The position numbers and the translations under genes were made by a program. A DNA stretch of 64,000 bases, from assembly GCA_001643675.2 (NCBI GenBank), contig LSRY02000009.1, positions 744,001 through 808,000 of the forward strand, in the 5' to 3' direction. This DNA comes from Monocercomonoides exilis PA203 (taxonomy: Eukaryota; Protista; Preaxostyla). A model generated the notes under the pieces. That model was given only the letters and a program-made list of their open reading frames with translations, did no database searches and was not told the DNA's origin. Shown here piece by piece: positions 13,123 to 25,500 of the stretch; the stretch's first letter is position 1, and each line of letters begins with the position of its first letter.

Positions 13123-15991
13123 ATGACAGAGAAGGAGAGAGAGAAGGAGAAGTGGAAGGAGAGACCGAAAGAGAGAGAGAAGGAAAAGGAAAAGAGAAAG
13201 AGAAACGAGAGAAATTTCCTAGTTTTAAGACTGTTAGGCGATTGGGTAGAGCATCTTGACACAGACGAGGCAGTCGATGAATGTGGAGTCAATCCATTGA
13301 CACTCGAAAACTACTCATCTTCCAACACCATCAACACATTTGGTTTTCTTGATTATGCAACCAATCTCATTGACGACTTTCTCTTTGAGCAATTACTGAA
13401 CAATGGCGATGGCATTCTGCGAAGAAGATTCAGTTCGCTTGCAAACAGCCTCATTTCGAGCAGAGAATTGTCTGTTTTTCAGTCAGATGCGATCTGAATC
13501 CATCTTATGTGCATCGAAGACAAAGACTGAGAAAAAGCAATCAAAATTCAACACAAACCTTTTTGACTCATTCAATTGCTGGCGTTGGCACATCAACAGG
13601 CACATCTCCTTCTTCATTGCCGATGAATCCTTTCTTTCTCTTCCTCAATCATCTCCTTCACCCTCTCCTTCAACTTCCTCTTCCTCCTCTTCATCATCCC
13701 AATATATTCCAGTGGTAAAAGGGATTTCTCTCCGCACCAGATCACCTCATAGCTTAGAGATTTCCTGCTCTCCGCATAAGAGCTATGCTTCCTCTCCTCC
13801 GCAGACGCTATCTCAACCGCTGTGCACAATTGGCTGCTGCTTCTTGTGCCTCACGTTCTTCTTCTTCCTCCTCCTCCTCCTCCACTTCTTCTTCTTCATC
13901 ATTGCTTCGTTCTTCAAGAAACAGATTTCTGACAGGCAAAGAGCAGCAGATGAGGAGGATGCAGCAACAGTTCGGAAGAAGAAGGAAAAGACAATATTTT
14001 GTTCTCCCTCCAGATGCATTTGAGGCGCTGCCGCTGTTTGCAAAGTTTCGGATGGTGGAGCGGTATGCGGAGAATCTGGAGAAGAGGAAGAGAGAAAGAG
14101 AGAGAGCGAAGGAAAGAGAGAGAGAGAAGCAAGGAATGAGAGAAGAGAGGGGAAAAAAAACAAGAGAGCTGATAAAGTTGAGGAAGGAATTGAAACCTAC
14201 AAATGATGAAAATAACAATGATGATGAAAAAGAAAAAAAATGAAAAACAGAAGAAAACGAGAGTTTATCATTGATTGGAAGAGAATCTTTGAAAAAAAAC
14301 GAAGAAAAATGAAGATAGTGAATGCCTTTCCGACAGCTCCATCATCAGTGATGAAGAAGAGCGAACAGATGAGACACAAACAGAGAGAGAAACAGAGGTT
14401 GATGCGAAGGTATTACCAGGCGCTTGAGCTTCAACGTGATTCTGTTGTGAATGAGGTGCTTTTGATGGTCAGACCAAACCTGCTGCTTTCTCCAGAGCCG
14501 ATTGATGAGTCGATAAAAAGACCAGGAATGAGTGGGAATGCTTCAAAAATGAGGGGGATGGCGAAAAGGATGAGAAAGAAGAGAAAGAAGAGAAAACTTC
14601 TTTGAATGAAAATGGAAACAAGGAAGAAGTTGAAGGCGATGAAGATGACTGAAAAGAAGAGGATCAAGAAGTGATTTTGGAGGATTCAATGAACAACCGC
14701 AAAGAAGTTGCTTGAAAAGCAAAGACAATAAAAAAGAAGCAGAAAAGAGTGCAAACGCCAAAGAATCCATAAAAAATGACAAAAAACTTGAAACGAACAA
14801 CAATGAGCCAAAACCAGAGCCACTTTCATCGCAAGTCCTGCAAAAACAGCAGCAACAGAACGCAAAGCAATCACATTCCCCAAAGCCTAAACAATATTCT
14901 TAGAAAGAGAAACCTTTGGAACGATGCACTTAACACGAGGGAAGCGAATGGACGGCGGATGGAGAGGAGTCGGAGGGAGAGCGTTGATTGTGTACAGCCA
15001 AGAGATGGAGATGGGAAGAGGAGCTGTTGGTGCACCTATAACTCCACTGTCACCTGCTGTTGGAGGAGGAGGAATTGGAGGAGGAGGAGGGGTGACGTTG
15101 GGTGTGATGGGGATGAAGGATTTGAACAAAGAAGTGACAAGGGCGATGCAAGATGAGTTTCAGAATGAGAAAGGGAAAGTGGACGATGAAGAAGCAAAGA
15201 TCATGTTCAGTTCATTGGAATCTGATGATCAGAGAGAAAAACTGCTTCGGCTGATGAAACTGTGGGAGATACAAAAGAAGAAGAAGGAGAAAAAAGAAAA
15301 GCGGGATCGCAGGAAAATGGAGAAAGAAGAAAAAGACAAGAATCTGTTTAGCAGCATCCAAGGAATATTATAAAAACATCTTGAGACCAACCAGAAGGAG
15401 AATAAAATGGCAAGCGATGCGCAACAAGAGGCGAAAGAAAGCCAAACGCCAATTTTGACAAGAGAGCGGAAATTGGACTGCATGTTGAATGATTTAGCGA
15501 ATTCTGACCTGGAAGATTTGAGCGATGAACTGGATGTGCCCTGCCGTTATGTGCGAATCAAAAGCGAGGAAAAAGGGCAATTTGTGTGGAAGATGAGGAA
15601 AGTGCCTGTGTATGCAGAAGTCGACGCGATGCAGACGAGAACGCGGTGATCTGATGAGCGCACTGAAGAGCGGGCTGAGGCAGAGCAGGGCGGAGTTGAG
15701 AAGAGGAAGGGGGACGAAGTGGAGGGGATGGTGGCCATACAAAGAGGAAGCAGAAGCGACACACAGGAAGGGAAGGAAAGGAGCAGGGAAAGGATCACCT
15801 CTGCTGTTTCAGAAGGAGAATGGGAAAAGAACATTCAGTCAGAACAGCGAGCCTGGGAGAAGAGATGCGTTGTCAAAAGTCTTTTCGTCGCTGTCGTTTA
15901 CAAAGTTGGCTTCTTTCTTCACATCGCACAATTCAATGGCAATGGATCTGATACAGAAATACCATGCACTCAATTTGGTTGTGCCTTTTAA
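13123..15991 (+). pseudogene. Fragmented, frameshifted low-complexity protein gene of unknown function
   Basis: Successive plus-strand ORFs (13123, 13403, 13785, 14240, 14712, 14924, 15407, 15719) have coding-like composition but are broken by stops and frame changes without obvious introns. Confidence 0.4.
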
Positions 15992-16801
15992 TTCAGCTGC
16001 CGATTTTACTTCGAATACAAACATTGCTCTTCATCCTCTTTCTCATTGAACTTCTTCACTTGTGAATTCGTTTTTGTTTATGAACATCCAACCGCAATCT
16101 TCTCCTTCCCTCTTGTCTCAAGCTGTTCATCCATCTTCTGCTAATTTTGCTTCTCCTGGATCACTTCCTCCACTTTCACTGCCTGCTCCTTCTTCGTCTA
16201 CTTCTTTTTCATTCAACTCTCCTTGAATTCGGAGTCAGACCTCATCTTTCGTTGCTATTTGGAAAGATACAAAGAAATACTTATTCAAATAACGAATATC
16301 AGCCGAAATTATAAGACATGGAAATTATTTAATATAACGCTAAGAAAAGCATGCACGTTATCAACAAGAAAATGATTCTGGCTTTTTCATTTGGAAGCTG
16401 AAGCATTTGAAGTGAAAAGAAAAAGTATTCAAGCTATTTTTGTTTGGAATGGCTGGGTTCCAAAATAGTCAATGGCAGATTTCGCAGCTACGAAGCAACA
16501 GCGAGTTGCAGGAAATGAAAGCATGAGGGAAACTGATTCAGAGGAAAAGGCTTAAGTGAAGAGAAATTATATGAATTCTAGCGCAAATCTGAAAGATTGT
16601 TGGAATAAGAATATAGAATAAAATATTATCTGAAGAAAATTGTCTGAAATATATGAATATATTCTTTTTGAAGATACGAAAACAATGAATTATTTTTCTT
16701 GAGCTTAATTTATAGTTGATGGAGAAGAGAAAATAAATGAAGAAATAGTTGATGAAATTGAAATATTTTATTTGATGAAAATAGAAGGAAAAATAAAGAA
16801 A

Positions 16802-17100
16802 TTAGAAAAAGGTTATCATTTCCAGTGATTTTTGTGTTAACTGCGCTGAAGGTGAGTGTTTGAGTTGGAACAAATGTTGAGGAAAGGAGGGTGAGAGAGG
16901 CGTCTTGGAGGAGGGAAATGAAGCTGGTGAGAGCACACTCGATGGTGGCACATGGGGTCTGTTGGGGTCTGCCACAGGCATCAGCATCAGTTCCTCTGTT
17001 AGAAACGATTTTATTCAAAGCGATGAAGATGATCCAGATATTGAACTTGACTTTATCCAATGTTCCACTATTTCGTTTAACGCTTGATGAATTCGATGAA
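16802..17100 (-). pseudogene. Fragment of a surface/adhesin-like repeat protein
   Basis: IVSNRGTDADACGRPQQTPCATIECAL matches the VS..G.D...CG....PC.TI..A motif that begins beta-helix surface-protein modules. The fragment is truncated. Confidence 0.55.
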
Positions 17101-17505
17101 ACGAATAAAATGAATGGAAATTTGTTGGCCTAATAAAGGAAAGGGAAAAAATAGAAAAATGACTTTTATTGTTCAATTAGTTTCAATAATTTTGTTTTCC
17201 TTTCATTTTTTCTGTTCTTTTTATAAGCTTTCTCTTTGCAATGTTGTATTTTTCCAATTATGAACTTGCAATTTTTTCTTTTGAAGTTTTATTTTTTTAT
17301 TTTTGGCTAATTTTTATTGAACTTGATCAAAAAAATCTTTTCGCACTGAAATTATCAAAAAGGTATGTTTTTTCGAATATAACAATAAAACAAATATATA
17401 TTACAGAAATAAAAGCTAAATACTCGTAATTAATCTAAAAACTCTTTGATCATCAAATACCACAATAGATTTTATTTTTTCTATTTTTGATCTTTTTTAA
17501 TGATA

Positions 17506-19655
17506 CAGTCTGTCCGTAATTAATGTTGATCTGTCCAAAAATAATGTTGATCATACCGTAAAGTTAAAAAATAATTGCAGAGCCATTATTAATAGAGAAT
17601 AAAAACAAAAGAAGAAGTGTTAACAAACTGGTTCCTTTTTAATTGTTTCTTTAAAATGATTGACATTTGAGATACAATTTATGAAAATACACACGTTGCA
17701 TTCACGTTTGCATTTCATTTCGATTGTTCCTTTGTGATCAATGTTTGATTGTGTTTCTTTTTTTTATTTCTTGATCTTTCAATAACCTTCAGTTTCTATG
17801 AACAGGATATAATCAATTTGTTATTGTGTTTTGTTTCAAACTTCTTGAATGCGGAAAAAGCTTGAATTTATGATAATATTGAAATCATTTTGCATCATAT
17901 TTCATTTGATGGTTCGAAATCAATAATCTATTGTTTTTCTTTGTTAATTTGCAACATGAAAGATGCCCTAAAGATTTTTATTTATCATTTATGATTTTTA
18001 TTCAAGAATTGCTTTATTTTTAAAGAATATTCACATTCACTATTTTTGTTTGAAAATTTTATCATAGGAATATGTCTGACTTTATTTCGATTTATAAATA
18101 GAGAAATATATAACTTAAAAACTTTTTCATCATTTTCATTTTTTATTCAATCATTTTTTTAAACTTTAAAACAAAACAAAGAATACTCATAATTATTATT
18201 TTTTCTTTTATTTCATTAGTGAATATTGAAAATGTTTAAACTTGTTTAAATGAAAAAAGTCAAAGATTGTGAGTTAAACATTACAAATCCTTTTTTTCCA
18301 AAACCACAGGTCACGCATCGTTTTCCACATGCATAATTGTTTTTCTAGCAACGCGTGCTGAAATTTTCTGAAAAGATTGAAGCATTGTAGATATAAAATG
18401 AGACTCATCCTCCCATTTCAACGAGTTTTCTTCGACTTGGGCTTTCCAGATTCCAAAAATGTTTTCGATAGGATTTAGATCAGGGGAGTAAGCAGCATTA
18501 AACAGAACTTTGTATCCAGACTGTAAAATAATTTCATCAGTATTCACATGATGAATCGACGCATTGTCCATGACAATAACTGAAGATTCAAATGATTTTA
18601 TGGATAGCAAGAATCTTTTCAAATACGCTTCAAATAGTTCGTGGTCTATTATTCCTCGAACCACTTCTGTGTATCCCATTCCGTTCATTGAAATTGAAGT
18701 GATGGCAGTGATAGATTGAAACAAAGGAGGAGGAGGAACAAGCACTTTATCCCCCTTTTCCGACCATCCGTACTTTCTAATGCAGCTTATGTTCCAAGAA
18801 GTCTCGTCAATAAAAAAAGGAACAGCACCATCCCGCTGATATTGGAAAAGCTTCTCCACAAAGTTTATTCTTTGGAGTTTATTTTCTTCAGAATTGCCAG
18901 CTGACGGTCGCACAGTAATTCTTTTAAAAGAAAACAACGGAAACTTGTGTGTCTCACTGTTTCTTTCTGTCAAAATTTTATGAACCGAAGATTTTCCAAT
19001 AGAATGGCCTGCATTTGTCATTTCGTGTGCAACTTTTCTCAAAGTTGTTAGCGGGTTAAGTTTCATTTTTTCTCTAACTATTTTATCCAAAGTGTCATTA
19101 TCGACTATTCTTTTTATTCCTCTTTTTTTAAACGGTTGTGTAATTTCCACACCAACCTGCAACTTTGATAAATACCTTGCAGTTGTAATTGTTGTGAGCA
19201 AGCATTCTTTGGCATACCATAATTCTGTCTTTGTCTGACCATGAACACGAAACAAATCCGCAAGCTTTCTTCTTTTTTCCAACGTAGCTGGAGTGTAGGG
19301 TTTTTTGTTGATAAACGTTTCAGAATCATAAGCTTTTTGTATTTGTTCGTTTTTTTGTACTTCGGTTTCTTTTTTCTTCAATTCTGCTCTCATGCGAATT
19401 ACATGGTGAATACTGTCTTCCAGGGGATGAGCGAAGGGCATTATGACTGGCCTGTCACTGTATTCTTCTGCATTTGGAACATTTTGAGTGATCAAATGTT
19501 TTTTTATGTCGCTTGAGCATTCAATAAATAAATATTGCTCATAAAGATATTTTTTCACTGTTATTATCAGATATTAAGGTTTTAAAAATTTAACACAATT
19601 GAAGGTTTGATCAACATTATTTTTGGACAGATCAATAATAATTACGGACAGACTG
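17506..19655 (-). mobile_element. IS630/Tc1/mariner DNA transposon, 2150 bp, 48-bp TIRs, TA TSD
   Basis: TIR CAGTCTGTCCGTAATTAATGTTGATCTGTCCAAAAATAATGTTGATCA at 17506-17553, with an inverted copy at 19608-19655 (2 mismatches). TA at 17504-17505 and 19656-19657. Encloses a transposase. Confidence 0.95.
18311..19558 (-). CDS. IS630/Tc1-family DDE transposase (DDE_3-like)
   Basis: Motifs FFIDETSW, IVMDNASIH and YSPDLNPIENIFG, plus HTH-like TTLRKVAHEM...IGKSSVHKIL. First ATG is at 19441. The TGA at 18311 may be a mutated TGG because the frame continues PVVLEKKDL. Confidence 0.95.
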   Translation of the reverse strand: MKKYLYEQYLFIECSSDIKKHLITQNVPNAEEYSDRPVIMPFAHPLEDSIHHVIRMRAELKKKETEVQKNEQIQKAYDSETFINKKPYTPATLEKRRKLADLFRVHGQTKTELWYAKECLLTTITTARYLSKLQVGVEITQPFKKRGIKRIVDNDTLDKIVREKMKLNPLTTLRKVAHEMTNAGHSIGKSSVHKILTERNSETHKFPLFSFKRITVRPSAGNSEENKLQRINFVEKLFQYQRDGAVPFFIDETSWNISCIRKYGWSEKGDKVLVPPPPLFQSITAITSISMNGMGYTEVVRGIIDHELFEAYLKRFLLSIKSFESSVIVMDNASIHHVNTDEIILQSGYKVLFNAAYSPDLNPIENIFGIWKAQVEENSLKWEDESHFISTMLQSFQKISARVARKTIMHVENDA

Positions 19656-19710
19656 TATCAAAAAAAATCACCCATATTCAAAAATAGAAAAAACAAAATA
19701 ATCTAAATTT

Positions 19711-19995
19711 TCAGACCATTGCTTGAATATACTTCAGTCGGACTATTTTTTTATCGGACAGAAGGGCAATCTCCTGATTTATAACTGTTTCTAATTGGTT
19801 TTTAATAATAATTACAGGTCTGCCTATTTTGCCAACTTGTTGTTTTGCTTTCAAAGCAAACATTCCTCTATCCCATGCTCCGTTAGAAATAGCGTTGGAT
19901 CCCACAGCAGCTTTCCATGTGACATTATGTTTCTTTTTGATTTCAAAGACTTTTTGTGAAGGGGATGTTTGATTTCGGTAATCTGATGTTGCCAT
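19711..19995 (-). pseudogene. N-terminal exon of a pogo-like transposase, cut off by the Tc1 insertion
   Basis: AISNGAWDRGMFALKAKQQVGKIGRPVII aligns with ORF 2972-3358. It ends at a GT donor leading into a T-rich intron that runs into the Tc1 TIR. Confidence 0.5.
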
Positions 19996-20963
19996 CAGTC
20001 TGTGAAGTTCTTTGGAAGATATTTTTTTTTGTAATTTCCATTATTATTCATTTGATCAAAAATTGAATGAACCATATTAAAAAGATTTTCAATGATAGAA
20101 AGCCAATTATCAACATTCAAGAATTAATAAATGTGAAATAATAGTCATTTGCTTTAATTATCACATAAGAAGAAAATTCTTTCCATTTATTTTTTTCTAC
20201 AAAAGTCTGTTGTTATTTCTTTGGAATTTGGTAGTTTATTCGATGATTGCTTCAACTACATTTCAAGCTCTGAATGCATTGAGTTTTCGAAAGTCATTTT
20301 GTTCATTATCAAAAAAATTGAAAACTTATTTCACATTCTTTTTGGTTTTCAGATTACTTGGACTACCGTATTTTCAACCGATGGTGTAGGAGAAATAAAA
20401 AGCATTATAAATTATTTTTCTTTCTTTTTCTTTTTTCTTTTTTTTTTTTAAGTTTTAATTTTTTCTTTTTATTATTTTAAGGAATCATTTTGACTTGTAT
20501 TTATCTTATAAAAACAAAAAAAGTTGGAAAAAGAAGGGGGAAAAAATGAAAACTTGACTTAATTCAACCAACAGATTTGGCTGTTTATAAGAAGTTCGGC
20601 ATCTGGATAAATATCAACCTTGAATCCCAAAATAACAAAGCAAATGAAGTGAAATATCGTTTTTGAAAAGGAAACAAGTATCAATAAATTTATAAATAAT
20701 AAATAAAATAAAATAAAATCTGAAAACATAACAAATGCTACATATATTTCGCGAAATAGCTGGTTTTTGTAAAAGTTGAATAGAACAATTAATTTTTTTT
20801 CACATATTCCTTTGTTATTAATAATCTATCTCTCTTTCTTTTTCTTTTTCTTTTTCTCCTTTTTTCCATCTTTCTCCATTTTTCTTCAAATTTTCCTTCT
20901 CCTTTTCTTTCTGTCTTCTCTTTCTTCTCTTTTTCTTTCTTTCTTTCTTTTTCTCCTTCTTTC

Positions 20964-22482
20964 TCACCCTCCCCCAATTTTCTTCATCTGCTTCTCAAGC
21001 ACAGCATGTTCAATAGGAACATGTTCAATATGAGGGATGTTTGGAATGTGTTTGATTGTTTCGTGTGTGCTCATCACTTTCAGCTGAATTTGGTTGTGGC
21101 GTCGGGTTGAAAGAAGAGAAAGATGAGAAGGAGAAGAGGAAGAAGAGAAAGAGAAAGAAGAAGAAGAAGAAGAAGATGGTAACAATAAAGAAAATGGAAT
21201 GGAAGAAGAAGAAGAAGAAGAAGAATTAGGATTAGAAGATGAAGAAGAAGAAGATGATGATGATGGAGAAGAAGAAGAAGAGGCATAATTATTAGCAGCA
21301 TGAGGAGTTCGATAAGAAGAGAGAGGAGAAGAAGAATCTGCAGAAAGATGACTTGAAGGATGCTGTTTGGGCTGAGAAGAAGGATGAAATGAAGATTGGA
21401 CGGAAGAAGAAGTTGATGATGATGAAGGAGAGGAAGAAGAAGAAGAAGAAGAAGAAGAAGAGGAGGAGGAGGAGGAAGAGGAAGATGATGAAGGAGAAGA
21501 GGAAGAGGAAGAAGATGATGCTGATGTGGATGAAGTGTTTGACTGTGAAGATTGCTGTGATGTTTTGAAGAGAGAAGAAGGAGATGAAACAGATGAAGAG
21601 GAGGAAGATGGAGAAGAAGAAGAAATGGAAGAAGAGGAGGAAAAAGAAGAAGAAGGATTAAGAGAAGAAGAGATTGTAGAGGCGGGTCTTGTTTGTTGTG
21701 ATGGAGTGTGAGGAGGAGGGTTAAAGCGAGGAGAAGACAGAGGAGAAGGAAGAAGAGGAGGAAGAAGAGAAGGAGAAAGAGACGGGTTGGGAGAACGAGG
21801 GGTAGAAAGACGAGAAAGAGGAGGTTGGATGGAAGAAGAAGAAAAGGAAGAAGAAGAATATGAAGAAGAAGAAAGAGAAGAAGAAGAAGAAGAAGAAAGA
21901 GAAGAAGAAGGAAAAGATTGAAAAGATTGAAAAGAAGGCAGTTGGGAAAGAGGAGAAGCAAACATTGGAGTGAATGCACATGAATTGTTTGGTAGAAGAG
22001 AAGAAGAAATTGTTTGGGGCTGGCAAATCACGTTTAATCCATCGAAAACAGAAGAACTTGGGAGAAAAGTGATGAAAGGAGGGGAAGAAGAAGAAAGAGA
22101 AGAAGAAGAAGAAGGAGGAGGAGGAGGAGGAAAAACTGAAGGTGATGATATTCGTGATAATGAAGAAGGCGAAGGAGAAGAGGAAGAAGGGGAAGAAGAA
22201 GAAGAAAGAGAAGAAGAATTTGACATGATATTCTTGTTAATTGACAGGCATGTCAAATCGAGTGAAGGCTGGCTGGGAAACAGAGGAACGCCAAAAGTGC
22301 CTAAGAAAGCGCCATCCAACGTGAACAAGGCAGAATGCTTGAAGAAAGTGAAGAGGAGGAAAGGAGGAGGGAGGAGGACGGAGGAAGGAGAGAGAGGAAG
22401 AGGAGAAGAAGAGGAGGAAGAGGAGAAGGAAGAAGATGATGATGATGAAAATCTTGGTGAAATTGGAGTTGTTAATGAAGAA

Positions 22483-22515
<33 letters not shown>

Positions 22516-25500
22516 GAAGAAGAGGGGGGAGAAGAAATTGATTGCGAATTGTTGCCTTTCTGTTTATTCTTCCAAACAATCGGGAAAAGCGAGGGGACAA
22601 AGCAAACTGATGTGATTTCGTGTTCTTCTGGCTGAAAGACATAAGCAAATGGAGAAGAAGAAAAAGCAGAAGAGGAAGAGGAAGAAGAATTTTTAGAAGA
22701 AGAAGAAGAAGATAAAGTGCCAATCGGATTTCCCATCGAATCGATGACAGGTTTTTCGAGCAGTTGCGAAAGAGAAAGAGATTTTGAGCGTTCTGATTTA
22801 AAGACAGAGAGAAATGGGTATAAACATTGAAAATGGAAGCGGAAGAGGAAAGAGGCAGGGACGGGAGAAGGGAAAGAGGAGGAAGAGGAAGAAGAAGAGG
22901 AGGAGGAGGAGGAAGAGGAGGAAGAGGAGGAAGAATAAGATGAAGGAGAAGGAGAAGAAAATTGTGAGAATGAAACATCATCAGTGGAAGATAACTTGGG
23001 AGATGGAGGAATGGTAGATGGATAAAAAGAAGAAGAAAAAGAAGAAGAAGAAGAAGAAGATGATGATGATGTTGATGATGAAAGAAGATTGGAAGAAGAA
23101 GAAGAGGAAGACAATGAAGAAGAAGAATAACCAGAAGAAGAAGAAGAAGAAGACAGCATATTCAAAGAAGGAAGCATCGTAACAGCATGAGAATGCTGAA
23201 TGAAATGATTTCTTTGCTTTTTTTGATTGAATCTTCCAGAAATCACATTTGAGCAGAGCAATTCGTGTGCGTCAAACACGAACACTTCCCCCTTTGGAGA
23301 GCAGACAGCAAGAGGAAGAGGGAAGAGAGAGAGGGGAGGGAAGAAAGAAGAGGAAGAGGAGGACGAAGAAGAAGAATATGAAGAAGAATAAGAATAAGAA
23401 GAAGGTGTGGTTAAACGAGAAGGAGAAGAAGAGGAGGAAGAAGAGGAAGAAGAAGAAGAAATTATGTTTGTTTCTTCAAATCCACCATCACCTCCTCCTC
23501 CTCTTCCGCCCAATCCAATTGGAGAAAGAGGAATATCAAGTGAAGAAAACACCTTTTGTGGTTGTTCATCACTCGAATCACTGCAAAATGAACTGTCTTC
23601 ATCATCATCTTCTTCTCCTCCTCCTCCTCCTTTTTCTTTTTCTTTTTCTTTTTCTTCTTTTCCTTCTCCTTCCTTCTTCTCCTTCTCCATTTCCTTCTTC
23701 TTCTTCTTCTCATTCATTATTCCTCCTCCTCTCCCTCTTTCTCTTTCTCTTCTCTTCCTCTTCTCCATTTTTTCCTTCTCTTCCATCCACAACTCCCTTA
23801 GCATAGCTGGTGTGTGTGTGTCAATACATACAAACCCTCCTCCTTCTATGCCTGTGGCAATATCAGCCAGAAGATGCTGGTTATTCGATAACTGAGAGGA
23901 AGAAGAAGAGGAAGAAGAATAAGGAGAAGGAGAAGGAGAAGAGGGAAAAGGAGAAGAATAAGGAGAACATGACAAATTCTTTGAATGAGAAGAAGAAGAA
24001 GAAGAAGAAGGTTGAAAAGGTTGAGAAATATAACCTTGTTGCGATGGCATATGTTTTCCTTCCTTCCCTTCTTTCCCTTCTTTCCCTTCCTTCATTAAAT
24101 TCCCTTCTTTCATTGCATTTCCGCTGATTTCGCTGTTTATTTGTGCATTTGTGTTCCAAAAGCGGAGGTGGCCGTCCAATCCGAATGTGACAAGCACAGA
24201 AGGATACGAAGGAAGGAAAGAGCAGAAGAGAAGAGAATCTGAGTCAGGGATGAGAGGAGGAGGGATGGAGGAAGAAGAAGAAGAGGAGGAAGAAGAAAGA
24301 AAAGAAAGAGAAGAAGAAGAAGAAAGAGAAGAAGAGGAAGAGGAAGAAAAAGAGGAGGAGGTGGAAGAAAAAGAAGAAGATAATGAAGAAGATGATGAAC
24401 TGGAAGATAAAAGATCTGTTGTACTTGAAGAATTTGAAGAAGAAGAAGAAGAAGATGGATTTGTATGTTTATGCGAATGTGTTGAGGAAGCAGCAGAAGA
24501 AGAGCGAGTGAGAGGGGATGAAGTTGATAATTGTGATGAATTCTTTGAAGAGGAAGAAGAGGAAGAAGAAAAAGATGACGATGATGATGATGATGATGAT
24601 AAAGGAGAAGAAGAAGGAGAAGAAGAAGCATGTGTTGTTGAATGAACAGCTATATCATCTGTTTTGCTTTGTTTTTGAATTGTTTCTTCATTTCTTGGAG
24701 AAGGTTGCGAAATTTCTTCATTCACATTTTTCTCTTTCTCTTTCTCCTTCTCCTTCTCTTTCATTTTTTCTCTTCCTCCTTCTCTTCCTCCTCTTTCTCC
24801 ACCTCTTCCTCCTCCTCTTCCTCTCACAGGCACTTTCCCCATCCTCCTTCCAGCAGCCATCCATATGTGCTTCATATGCGCTGACTCCACATTCCACACA
24901 CAAACAGAGCCATCAGAAAAGGCAGTGGCGAGTGAAGAAGGTGGTTGGAAGGACAAGAATGTGATTTGGGGCTCAGATTCAATGAAAGAAGTGGAGGTGG
25001 TGTTATTGTTAGTATTATTGTTGGAGAAGAATGGACGATAACTGCGAAGAGAGCGAAGGGAAGAGATGGAAGAGGAAGGAGGAGGACGTGAAGAAGAAGA
25101 TGATGAAAGAGAAGAAGAAGAAAGAGAAGAAGATTTTTCATGTTTATTATCTACATAACCATCAGCTTTTGCCACATCTTTTCTTGTTCTTGGTGTTAAC
25201 ATTCCATTTTTCATCTCTTCTTGCCGCAATTTTGCTTCAATTCTGCTTTCATTCGCTTTTTCCCTCGCTTTTTCTTTGAATTTGAACAATTTTGTTTCGA
25301 CATTTTCATATTCCCCTTCTCCATTCTTCTTCATCATCTTCATCATCTTCTTTTTTCCTTTCGCCCCTTTCTCATCTTCTTTCTCTTTTTGTTTCATTCT
25401 TTCTCTTTCTCTCTCCCTCTCCCTTTCCCTCTCTTTCTCTTTCTCTTTCTCTTCTTCTCTCTCTTTCTCCTTCTCCATCTTCCTCATCCTCTCATTCTCC

